64,000 nucleotides of DNA, taken from assembly GCA_965248765.1 (NCBI GenBank), contig CBDFKF010000003.1, positions 566,222 to 630,221 of the forward strand, given 5' to 3'. This DNA comes from Alphaproteobacteria bacterium (lineage in GTDB: Bacteria; Pseudomonadota; Alphaproteobacteria; VGEJ01). The translations under genes were made by a program, and so were the position numbers. Shown here in pieces: positions 9,763 through 17,333 of the stretch (positions within the stretch are counted from its first letter, which is position 1; the number at the start of each line of letters is the position of its first letter). Under the pieces are notes generated by a model, which saw nothing but the letters and a program-made list of their open reading frames with translations, was not told the DNA's origin and made no database searches.

Positions 9763-10779
9763 CTACCAGTGTACCATCGGCAACCCCGCCACCGGGGACC
9801 GGAAGTACGGTATGCGGGTCCCGCGCAGGCTGCCGAGATAGACGGTGCGGAGATCGGGGCCGCCGAAGGTTGCGCTCGCCAGCCACGGTGCGATGGTGCC
9901 GGCTGCCGCCAACATGTGCTCCGGTGTGACCTCGCCGGCCTGAAACGCTGCTTCGAGCGCATCCGTCGCCACGGCATCGCCGTCATCCAGAATGATTCTG
10001 AGATCGCCTTCGGGGGTCAGCGCGAACAACTGTTCGGCCATGATCAGGGTGCCCCAGAGGTTGCCATATGAATCGAAGGCAATGCCGTCGGGAAAGCCCT
10101 TGCCCAGGTTGCTCGGTCCGAAGGTCTCGCGCGCAGACAGCGTGCCGTCGGCCCCGAGGCGCATCCGCGAGATGCGCTTGCCCATGGTCTCGACGATGTA
10201 CAGGTACTCCTCAGCGGCATCGAGGCGGATCTCGTTGGTGAACGCGAAGCCATCTGCGGCGATGCGGATGCCGCGATCATCGACCAGCGCGACGTAGCCA
10301 TCGGCGAGGTCGGTTTGGCGGAATGCCTCCATCCAGTTCGTGATGCGCGTCGAGATGGTCATCCACACCCGGTTCCGCGAATCGCGCAGGACAAAATTGA
10401 CCTTGCCGATGGGCTGTCCGTCGATCGAGTCATGAATCACCCAGCTGCTGCCGTCGCGCGTCATGCGCTCCAGCCGGTCGGTGCCGAAGTTGGAGATCAG
10501 CAGGTCGCCGTCGTCCGCGAATGCAAGCCCGTTGGGCAGAGTGCCGGCCGTGAAGCGCTCGGCATCGGTCGCCGCCTCGGCGAAGTCGCCGCCGATCCTT
10601 TGGGTAATGATTTCCTGCCGGCCATCGGCGGTAATCCGCACCACGCCCCCGCGCGCATCCGCCGCCCACAGCGTGCCGTCTCGCTCGGCGAGGATGCACT
10701 CCGGACGCTGCAGATCCTCGCCGATGTAACGGATCTCCGCCCGATCCACGACGAAGCCGTCTATCGGGTTCGCCCCCAT
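9763..10779 (-). CDS. SMP-30/gluconolactonase/LRE-family protein
   Basis: The ATG at 10779 (MGANPIDGFVVDRAEIRYIGEDLQRPECILAERDGTLWAAD) avoids overlap with the upstream gene. The repeated beta-propeller-like segments are typical of SMP-30 lactonases. The first 57 ORF-track codons overlap the Zn-ADH gene and were dropped. Confidence 0.75.
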   Translation of the reverse strand: MGANPIDGFVVDRAEIRYIGEDLQRPECILAERDGTLWAADARGGVVRITADGRQEIITQRIGGDFAEAATDAERFTAGTLPNGLAFADDGDLLISNFGTDRLERMTRDGSSWVIHDSIDGQPIGKVNFVLRDSRNRVWMTISTRITNWMEAFRQTDLADGYVALVDDRGIRIAADGFAFTNEIRLDAAEEYLYIVETMGKRISRMRLGADGTLSARETFGPSNLGKGFPDGIAFDSYGNLWGTLIMAEQLFALTPEGDLRIILDDGDAVATDALEAAFQAGEVTPEHMLAAAGTIAPWLASATFGGPDLRTVYLGSLRGTRIPYFRSPVAGLPMVHW

Positions 10780-10792
10780 TCTTTCGGCCGCC

Positions 10793-11842
10793 TTAAGGCT
10801 GGAGCACGACCCGGCCAATGACGCGGCCGGCCCGCAAGTCCGCGATCGCCTCGTTGGCTTCTGCCAGCGGACGGGTCCGCGTCTTCGGCGGCGCGAGGCG
10901 ACCGCTCTTAGCGAGATCGAGCAGCTCGCGCATCTCATCGAGTGTGCCAACGAACGAGCTCAGGATGTTGACGGTGCGCAATGGAAACATCGGCACCGGC
11001 ACCGTGAGCTTACCGCCGTAAAGGCCGACGATGACGAGCGATCCGCCACGACGCAGCGAATCGAAGCCGAAACGAGCCGAGGTAGCGCTACCGACGAAAT
11101 CGATCGCCGCTTGCGGTCCGCCGCTCGACAGCTCCCGCATTTGCTTGACGGCGTCCGCGGCGCCCGCGTCGATCGTCGCCTCGGCGCCGGCGGCCTCGGC
11201 CGCCCGGCACTTGTCGGGATCGATATCGGCGACGACGACGTCGGAGACGCCGAGCGCACGCGCGAGGCTTACCGCCATTAGGCCGAGGCCGCCCGCGCCG
11301 ATGATCAAGAGCTTGTTCCCCGCGTCGATCGGCAGCACCTTCTTCAGCGCGCCGAAGGCGGTGATGCCGGAGCAGGCGTAGACGCAGGCCTGAGCCGCCG
11401 GGACACCGCCGGTGTCGAGCAGGTAGCGCGGGTGCGGGACGATCACGTGGTCGGCATAACCGCCGTTGATCCAGGTGCCGACGAAGCGCGGCTTAAGGCA
11501 CAGGTTCTCGCGCCCGTCCCGGCACACCCCGCATTCACCGCAACCGATCCAGGGGTGTACGAGTTGCACCGCGCCGGTGGCCGGGCCGTCGGCCTCGGGG
11601 CCCAAGGCGGCGATCTCGCCGACGATCTCATGGCCAAGCGTGAACGGCAGGGTAAAACGCTTCGCGATGTCGATGCGATCGCCATCGCCGAGATCGAAGA
11701 AGCCGTCCAACAGGTGCAGATCGCTGTGGCACACACCGCACGCGCGCGTGCGCAGCAGCACCTCGGTGCCGTGCGGCTTTGGCGTCTCGCTATTGGTCTC
11801 GGCAAGCGGAGCGGCGAAGTCGACGATCTGCATGCTGCGCAC
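10793..11842 (-). CDS. Zinc-dependent alcohol dehydrogenase (MDR family)
   Basis: Motifs CGVCHSDLH, GHEIVGEI, CGECGVC and GAGGLGLMAV. Confidence 0.85.
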   Translation of the reverse strand: MRSMQIVDFAAPLAETNSETPKPHGTEVLLRTRACGVCHSDLHLLDGFFDLGDGDRIDIAKRFTLPFTLGHEIVGEIAALGPEADGPATGAVQLVHPWIGCGECGVCRDGRENLCLKPRFVGTWINGGYADHVIVPHPRYLLDTGGVPAAQACVYACSGITAFGALKKVLPIDAGNKLLIIGAGGLGLMAVSLARALGVSDVVVADIDPDKCRAAEAAGAEATIDAGAADAVKQMRELSSGGPQAAIDFVGSATSARFGFDSLRRGGSLVIVGLYGGKLTVPVPMFPLRTVNILSSFVGTLDEMRELLDLAKSGRLAPPKTRTRPLAEANEAIADLRAGRVIGRVVLQP

Positions 11843-11863
11843 GGCGTTCCTCCCGCGCCTCGG

Positions 11864-12754
11864 TCAGCCGCGAAAACGTGGCTCTGGCAGACCGCGCACG
11901 CCGAGCCCATGGACGGCGAAGATCCCGCCCGCCCCCGGCGAATCGTCCTGTTGGCCGAACAACGGGCCGCCGATCGACGTGATGTAGGCGATGTCGAGAT
12001 CGGGACCGCCGAAGTTCAGGCTGGTGACGTAACGCACCGGCACCTCGACCAGGCGATCGAGCGTGCCGTCCGGGGCGAACCGCGCAAGCTGGCCACCGGT
12101 AATCAGCGCCGTCCACAGGTAGCCCTCGACGTCCACGGTGGCGCCGTCGGGCCGCCCATCGACGCGGAGCTCCTCGACCGAGGCGAACACGCGCTTGTTG
12201 CGCGCGGTGCCGGCCGCCGAATCGTAGTCGTAGGCAAACACCGTGGCCGCCCGGGTCTCGCAGTGGTAGAGGGTGCGGCCGTCCACGCTGAAGCATGGCC
12301 CATTCGACACGATGAAGCCGCGGTCGAGCTCGGTTACCGTGCCGTCGGTATCGAGGCGGTGCAGGGAGCCGATCGGCTCGGTGAACTCCGTATCGAGCGA
12401 GCCGGCGACAAATCGGCCCTGCCGGTCGACCTTGCCGTCGTTGAAACGCGCTCGCGTCTGGCCGGCGAGCGGCGAGGCGAGCGCCGCGACTGTCCCGGTC
12501 TCGAAGTCGAAGCCGTGAAAGCCCTGCTCCATAGCCAACACGGCCCCGCCCTGGGCGCGCAGCGCCATCGACCCGACGACCCCGCCAGCCACATCCCACG
12601 AGCGCAGGGCACCGCTCGCCGGGTCGAAACGCCAAATCCGCCCCGCTGGACAGTCGAGCCAGTAGAGAACCGCTTCCTCTTCATCCCACAGCGGCCCCTC
12701 GCCCAGCTCGCACGTCACATCGCCGATCCGCTCGACCCTGATGGCGTCAGACAT
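11864..12754 (-). CDS. SMP-30/gluconolactonase/regucalcin-family protein
   Basis: 296 aa. The N-terminus CELGEGPLWDEEEAVLYWLDCPAGRIWRFDP and the later NDGKVDRQGRF and PDGATVDVEGYLW are typical of regucalcin-type lactonases. Confidence 0.8.
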   Translation of the reverse strand: MSDAIRVERIGDVTCELGEGPLWDEEEAVLYWLDCPAGRIWRFDPASGALRSWDVAGGVVGSMALRAQGGAVLAMEQGFHGFDFETGTVAALASPLAGQTRARFNDGKVDRQGRFVAGSLDTEFTEPIGSLHRLDTDGTVTELDRGFIVSNGPCFSVDGRTLYHCETRAATVFAYDYDSAAGTARNKRVFASVEELRVDGRPDGATVDVEGYLWTALITGGQLARFAPDGTLDRLVEVPVRYVTSLNFGGPDLDIAYITSIGGPLFGQQDDSPGAGGIFAVHGLGVRGLPEPRFRG

Positions 12755-13820
12755 GGGGGATGATCTTGTCCATGGCGAGCCGGTAGGAGTGCTCGGCCTG
12801 CTCGTGGGGAATACCGCCGATGTTGCTCCACAGGACGATTTCGGTCAGGGCGAAGCGTTCCTTCAGCTCCTGGAGATGATCGATGCAATAGGCCGGATCG
12901 CCGACGACCGCGGCGCCGTATTCGTGGATTTTGCCGAACGACAAGTAGCCCATCTCACGGGTCCTTGGCCCCTCGGTCATGCCCAGCTCATAGCCGGGAA
13001 CGATGCGATCCGAGACCGTGAGCTTGCCGACGAGGATGTTGTAGAACCACTCGACCGGCGCGGCATAACGCGCTTGGGCACGCGCGTTGGTGTCATCGGC
13101 AAGGAACATGACGAGCAGCAGGCGCTCCGCTTTCTCGTTCTCGCGACCGTGCTCCTTGCGGGTCTCGGCGTAGAGACCAAGGCTCTCCTCCACCTTCTCT
13201 TTCCAGGCTTCGCGGTACACCCGATAGAGGAAGGTCGTCGCCATCATCGGGTGTATGCCGTCGCGGGCCGCCCCGACGAAGCTCTCGGGCGAGCTCGTCG
13301 CCATATAGACCGGGGGGTGCGGCGTCTGCACCGGCTTGGGCAGGACCTCGACCGGCTTCTCGATGTTCCAGAACCGCCCTTCGTGCGTCATCATCGGCTC
13401 GGTCCACGCCTTCAGAACGACCTCGAGGCCCTCCTCCATCCGCTCCCGGCTGTCGTCCATGGGCACCTCGAGCGCCTCGAACTCCAACGGTTGATAAGCG
13501 CGGCCGACGCCGAATGAGAGGCGGCCGTGGGAGAGGATGTCGACCAGCGCGAAATCGCTCGCTGTGCGCAGCGGGTGGTTGAAGGGGATGATCGAGACGG
13601 CCGTGCCGATCCTGACGCGCTCGGTGCGCCGCGCGATCGCGGCGGCGAGCACTTGGGTCGAGGTGACGATCGAATAGGGTGAGAACATGTGCTCGGCGAT
13701 CCATATCGAATCGTAGCCGAGCTCCTCGGCGAGCTCGTAGTGCTGCATGTCGAGATCGATGCCCTCGATCCGCCGGGATTGATCGGGAAACTGACTAAGA
13801 CAGAAAATGCTCCACTTCAT
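12747..13820 (-). CDS. LLM-class (luciferase-like) flavin-dependent oxidoreductase
   Basis: 357 aa with ELGYDSIWIAEHMFSPYS and GRLSFGVGRAY. It overlaps the downstream lactonase gene by 8 nt. Confidence 0.8.
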   Translation of the reverse strand: MKWSIFCLSQFPDQSRRIEGIDLDMQHYELAEELGYDSIWIAEHMFSPYSIVTSTQVLAAAIARRTERVRIGTAVSIIPFNHPLRTASDFALVDILSHGRLSFGVGRAYQPLEFEALEVPMDDSRERMEEGLEVVLKAWTEPMMTHEGRFWNIEKPVEVLPKPVQTPHPPVYMATSSPESFVGAARDGIHPMMATTFLYRVYREAWKEKVEESLGLYAETRKEHGRENEKAERLLLVMFLADDTNARAQARYAAPVEWFYNILVGKLTVSDRIVPGYELGMTEGPRTREMGYLSFGKIHEYGAAVVGDPAYCIDHLQELKERFALTEIVLWSNIGGIPHEQAEHSYRLAMDKIIPHV

Positions 13821-13912
13821 CGCATCGCCTCCTGTTGCGATGGCAGCTTAACACCCAAGCCAGTGCTCAGGCGCCCCAGTTGCTCAGGCGCCACTGTCCA
13901 GCGCAACGGCTT

Positions 13913-14131
13913 TTAGGCGATGATGTCGGGGAGAAGATCGCTCTCGATCCGAGCAATCTGATCTTTCAGGGCAAGTTTCCGCTTCTTCATCCGCTGTGCC
14001 CGGATCGAATCGTAGGCACCCGATAATTCGAGGAGCGCCGCGATGGCGTTGTCGAGATCGCGGTGCTCTATCCTGAGCTCGACGAGCTTCTGTTGCAGTT
14101 CCCCCGCGTCTTCACTCGGGAATTTCGACAT
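13913..14131 (-). CDS. DUF465 (YdcH-like) small coiled-coil protein
   Basis: MSKFPSEDAGELQQKLVELRIEHRDLDNAIAALLE...RMKKRKLALKDQIARIE matches the DUF465 pattern. I prefer the ATG at 14131 over the TTG at 14155. Confidence 0.7.
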   Translation of the reverse strand: MSKFPSEDAGELQQKLVELRIEHRDLDNAIAALLELSGAYDSIRAQRMKKRKLALKDQIARIESDLLPDIIA

Positions 14132-14260
14132 CGCGCCAATGTAGAACAAGGCCAAGGCGTATTATAGGGTGCTGGTGGCTCGCGCCGCTTTTGCGACTCA
14201 CGCGGCCGAGCCCCAGCCGCTACAATGCCCGAGGGGAGCGACAGGACGGAGATAGTGCCA

Positions 14261-14431
14261 ATGGATGGCCACGAGGCGGAGATTGAGACGCTCAAGACCC
14301 AACACCACGACCTCGACCGGCAGCTGGTCGAGGAGAACGAACGCCCCCACCCCGATTCCGCCAAGATCGGCGAGCTCAAACGCCGCAAGCTCCGCATCAA
14401 GGACGACATCGCCCGCCTAAGCCGCGTCTAG
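14261..14431 (+). CDS. DUF465 (YdcH-like) small coiled-coil protein
   Basis: MDGHEAEIETLKTQHHDLDRQLVEENERPHPDSAKIGELKRRKLRIKDDIARL. The ATG at 14261 has GGAG about 10 nt upstream. The alternative ATG at 14225 has no RBS. Confidence 0.65.
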   Translation: MDGHEAEIETLKTQHHDLDRQLVEENERPHPDSAKIGELKRRKLRIKDDIARLSRV

Positions 14432-14465
14432 CCGATGTGCGGGCGGCTCCCCTAATCCGATCACT

Positions 14466-14497
14466 TGATAACCGGCGACCGTGATAACCGGCGACCG
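14466..14497. repeat. Perfect tandem duplication, 2 x 16 bp (TGATAACCGGCGACCG)
   Basis: Read directly: the units occupy 14466-14481 and 14482-14497, in the convergent intergenic gap between the DUF465 gene and the PAS remnant. Confidence 0.9.
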
Positions 14498-14554
14498 TGC
14501 GTTCCCTATACGATTCGCCGCGATAGGGAGCCAACTCGGCGCATCGTCGATGGG

Positions 14555-14982
14555 TCACGTCTCGGGTAACGACGCGCTCGGCGTTCGCAGGTAGACGAGA
14601 ACAGCCGGTTGCTCCTCGAACCGAACCAGGCGCGACGTCTCCTCGGCCACGAAACTCGTTTCATCGAGCCGGGCGAGGCGGACCGGGCGCGCCGGTAACT
14701 GATCGCCGGCAGCAGCCATCTTGGCATGCGTCTCCATGCTTTCCCGCTGGCGGAGTCAATCAGGTCCCACAACGCCACGCCCACCATCGCGGCCGCGTTC
14801 GCGGCCCCCAACGCGGCGGCTGCGGCGGCGTTGGCGGCGTTGGCGGCGCAGATGACCCCATCCCTGTGCAAGAGCACGGGATCGGGCGGGGCCTCGGCGA
14901 GAGTCCAGAACCGATTTTCACTCCCGTTGCAACTCCTCGAGACGGTTGCTGCGGTTGACCTCGTGCACACTCGACAGGACAA
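14555..14982 (-). pseudogene. Second PAS domain of a once-contiguous PAS-PAS gene, now out of frame
   Basis: ORF 14506..14982 reads SENRFWTLAEAPPDPVLLHRDGVICAAN...WDLIDSAS. ORF 14555..14737 continues in the frame of the upstream PAS ORF as RESMETHAKMAAAGDQLPARPVRLARLDETSFVAEETSRLVRFEEQPAVLVYLR. Together these form one PAS fold, interrupted near 14737-14745. Confidence 0.55.
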
Positions 14983-15367
14983 CGGTACCCGATTCCGACA
15001 CCACAGGACCGAGGCTCACGTCAATCGACAGCTCGCGTCCCTGCTTGGTGAGGCCGACCAGCGGCAACCCAAGCCCCATTGGTCGCGCCCGCAGCGCGGC
15101 AGAGCAGTCTTCACGATGCTGCGCGTGTTGCTCGTGCAGCCGGCGCGGAATCAGCGATTCGATGGGCTTGCCCCCCAGCTCTCCACCCGGATAGCCGAAT
15201 AGCGCCTCGGTCTGGGCATTGATCAAGATGATGCGCCCCTCGCGGTTGACGACGATCATGGCATCCGGCGCCGATTCCAGGAGTGCCCGGAACCTTGTCT
15301 CGGCTGCCTTGCGGAGCGACAGCTCGATGCGCAGACTCTCCCTCTCCGTCGTGTCCGGCTCGCTCAT
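14918..15367 (-). CDS. PAS-domain protein (intact 149-aa ORF, probably the N-terminal fragment of the disrupted PAS-PAS gene)
   Basis: RFRALLESAPDAMIVVNREGRIILINAQTEALFGYPGGELGGKPIESLIP is a canonical PAS S-box. The ORF ends at LEELQRE-stop, but removing one G from the run near 14921 gives LEELQRSENRFW, which leads into the next PAS domain. Confidence 0.7.
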   Translation of the reverse strand: MSEPDTTERESLRIELSLRKAAETRFRALLESAPDAMIVVNREGRIILINAQTEALFGYPGGELGGKPIESLIPRRLHEQHAQHREDCSAALRARPMGLGLPLVGLTKQGRELSIDVSLGPVVSESGTVVLSSVHEVNRSNRLEELQRE

Positions 15368-15486
15368 GAATGCATCATCATTTGCCGTGGTCGGCCGCCG
15401 CCATCATGACAGGGGCGCACAGCCTCGCACATTCCTTGCCCCGTTCGCCCTCATTGCGAGCCAGCGCGATACCCCTGAACGCAGAC

Positions 15487-15511
15487 GTGTATTTATCCCC
15501 TTCGCGTATGT
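15487..15511. repeat. Left terminal inverted repeat of the IS1595-family element
   Basis: GTGTATTTATCCCCTTCGCGTATGT compared with the reverse complement of 17237-17261, TCATATTTATCCCCTTGACGTATGT. The core ATTTATCCCCTT..CGTATGT is identical. Confidence 0.8.
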
Positions 15512-15839
15512 GGAAGGATGGAGTAGAATTGTGATCATCCCGCGCAACCGAGGGGAAAGATCGCATGCCAGACTCACGTGGCCGCCTCACCGATGCAGAG
15601 CAAAAAAATCATCGCGTGGCTCGACAGGCATTGGCGGAAAGAGGAATGCTAAATATGCGGTCATACACCGCTGGAGATTGGTAGATATACATTTGCTGCC
15701 CCTGTCATTTTAGGCGCGGGCGGGATCGATCACAGACACTCCGTTCCGTTTGTTTCGGTCGATTGTCCAACTTGCGGTCACGTGCTGCTTTTCAGTGCGG
15801 CGCAACTGGAACTTTTCAAGGGGTCGGAGGACGACTGAC

Positions 15840-16082
15840 ATGGCGCAGTCTCAGAACGACCCCCAAAATGTGGTTGCGCCACCGGCTACTCGCGGCGCAC
15901 ACATTGTCACACACTCGTCCGTGCGCGAGATGAAATCGTACCTAATAACGGAGACGGAATGGAATAACCTAACAAGCATTAATAATAGGATCGTGGCGCT
16001 TGTATCTATAGGAGCCGCTTTTTCTACGTTTTCTCTAGAGACATTTCGCGATCTATTTGGTATTGATAGGACTGACTTTTAG
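15840..16082 (+). CDS. Hypothetical 80-aa passenger protein with one hydrophobic segment
   Basis: ATG at 15840 has GGAGGA 8 nt upstream and lies 1 nt after the TGA of an upstream open frame. The product is MAQSQNDPQNVVAPPATRGAHIVTHSSVREMKSYLITETEWNNLTSINNRIVALVSIGAAFSTFSLETFRDLFGIDRTDF. I recognise no family, and the codon usage is AT-rich. Confidence 0.4.
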   Translation: MAQSQNDPQNVVAPPATRGAHIVTHSSVREMKSYLITETEWNNLTSINNRIVALVSIGAAFSTFSLETFRDLFGIDRTDF

Positions 16083-16354
16083 GAACTCATATACTCGTAC
16101 GGCGCCCCCGCGTTTGGGCTCTTCGCAATAGTGCTCTTCGGTATTGCTGCTGCTGACTTGCGTTCTCGAAGTTCGTTACGAAAAACGATTGAGAGCCAGA
16201 CGCGGGTGCTGGAGATCGGAACCAACAATGGCACGCGATAAACACCTGAGCCTTGACGAAGCCCGCCGACTCGAACTGTTGGACCAGTTCGCCGAGGAAA
16301 CGGATTACCAGGAAGCCAACCGCTGGTGGTTCGACCGTGGCCTTAAGGCGATGG

Positions 16355-17212
16355 CTACCGGGAGACCGCAGAAGGCTTCGGGAAAGCGGCCAGCAAAAGG
16401 TCGAACAACAAAGAAGGCTCACGGCAAAGATTGTGCCGAAACTCAAACTCCCCGAGGTACTTAGGCAGGTGCTTTTCCGATACCCAAACGTGCGTCCCCA
16501 GGATCGAGCGCTTCAACCACGACCAGAAGCCATCGATCGTGTTGGTGTGGATCGGGCCGCGCAGGTATTAACCCTTCCGGTGCCGCGCAGTGCCGTGACA
16601 GTAGCCGTCGGTTGCCATGCGCGCACCGGCCACGACATGACGGGCAATGATTGGCAGTAACGTGTCGCGCTTCGCGTTGGGAACGACGTGGGTAATGAAT
16701 TCGCCGTCGCGCTCGACCATGCCAAACACGATGCTCTTGTCGCCGCGTGGGCCGGGCGAGCCCCTATCCCGGCCGCCAACAAAGGTCTCATCCGTTTCGA
16801 CCACAGCGCCGGCCGTGCCAAGCTCGCCGTCGCCGTCGACCCAGCCCATGTACTTGCGGATTTCGTGCCCCATGCGCCACGCGGTTTTGTACGTCACACC
16901 GCACTGGCGCTGGATTTCCTTCGCGCTCACCCCGTTCCGCGTTGTCGTGAACATGTAGAGGGTGAAAAACCACTTCTGCAAAGGCGTGCGCGTCAGTGCA
17001 AAAGGCGTCCCCTGCATCGGGTGAATGTGGTGCCCGCAGTTGCAAGTGTAGGCCGGCATTTTCCGAAGGCGGCGTATCTTGCCGATCTCGCCGCACTTGG
17101 GGCAGGCCGGGTCTTTCCCGTAGCGAGCGCGGAGCAAGTGTTCCAAGCAAGCGTCATCATCGGGAAACCGTTTGAAGAACTCTTGGACTGTGAGGGGCTT
17201 GGTCTTTGCCAC
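16355..17212 (-). pseudogene. IS1595-family transposase interrupted by an in-frame TAA
   Basis: From GTG 17212: VAKTKPLTVQEFFKRFPDDDACLEHLLRARYGKDPACPKCGEIG (zinc ribbon), ...ETDETFVGG...ATDGY...HRKG, TAA at 16568-16570. The same frame then continues YLRGPIHTNTIDGFWSWLKRSILGTHVWVSEKHLPKYLGEFEFRHN, the conserved IS1595 DDE C-terminus, to TAG at 16355-16357. Confidence 0.8.
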
Positions 17213-17236
17213 GCCCCAAATATGGGGCCGACACGG

Positions 17237-17261
17237 ACATACGTCAAGGGGATAAATATGA
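17237..17261. repeat. Right terminal inverted repeat of the IS1595-family element
   Basis: ACATACGTCAAGGGGATAAATATGA is the partner of 15487-15511. It is immediately followed by the ACGCAGAC direct repeat. Confidence 0.8.
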
Positions 17262-17333
17262 ACGCAGACAGCAGCAGCATCTTCGGGGCCAAGCATGACG
17301 CCAGTCCTCGGGCCTGAACCGGTCGGCGCTGCG

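Larger units (their letters stand above)
15487..17261 (-). mobile_element. IS1595-family insertion element (about 1.78 kb) with passenger ORFs
   Basis: The 25-bp terminal inverted repeats match at 20/25 positions. They are flanked by an 8-bp direct repeat ACGCAGAC (15479-15486 and 17262-17269). The element encodes an IS1595-type transposase and is visibly AT-richer than its flanks (about 42% GC by hand count for 15961-16020). Confidence 0.75.

Noticed and set aside
15476-15486. 11-bp direct repeat TGAACGCAGAC as the true target duplication of the IS1595-type element
   Set aside because: The left copy would be separated from the inverted repeat by 3 nt, while the right copy abuts it. Taking 8 bp (ACGCAGAC) places both copies flush with equal-length 25-bp ends and matches the 8-bp duplication I recall for this family. 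The extra 3 nt of identity are then part of the right IS terminus.
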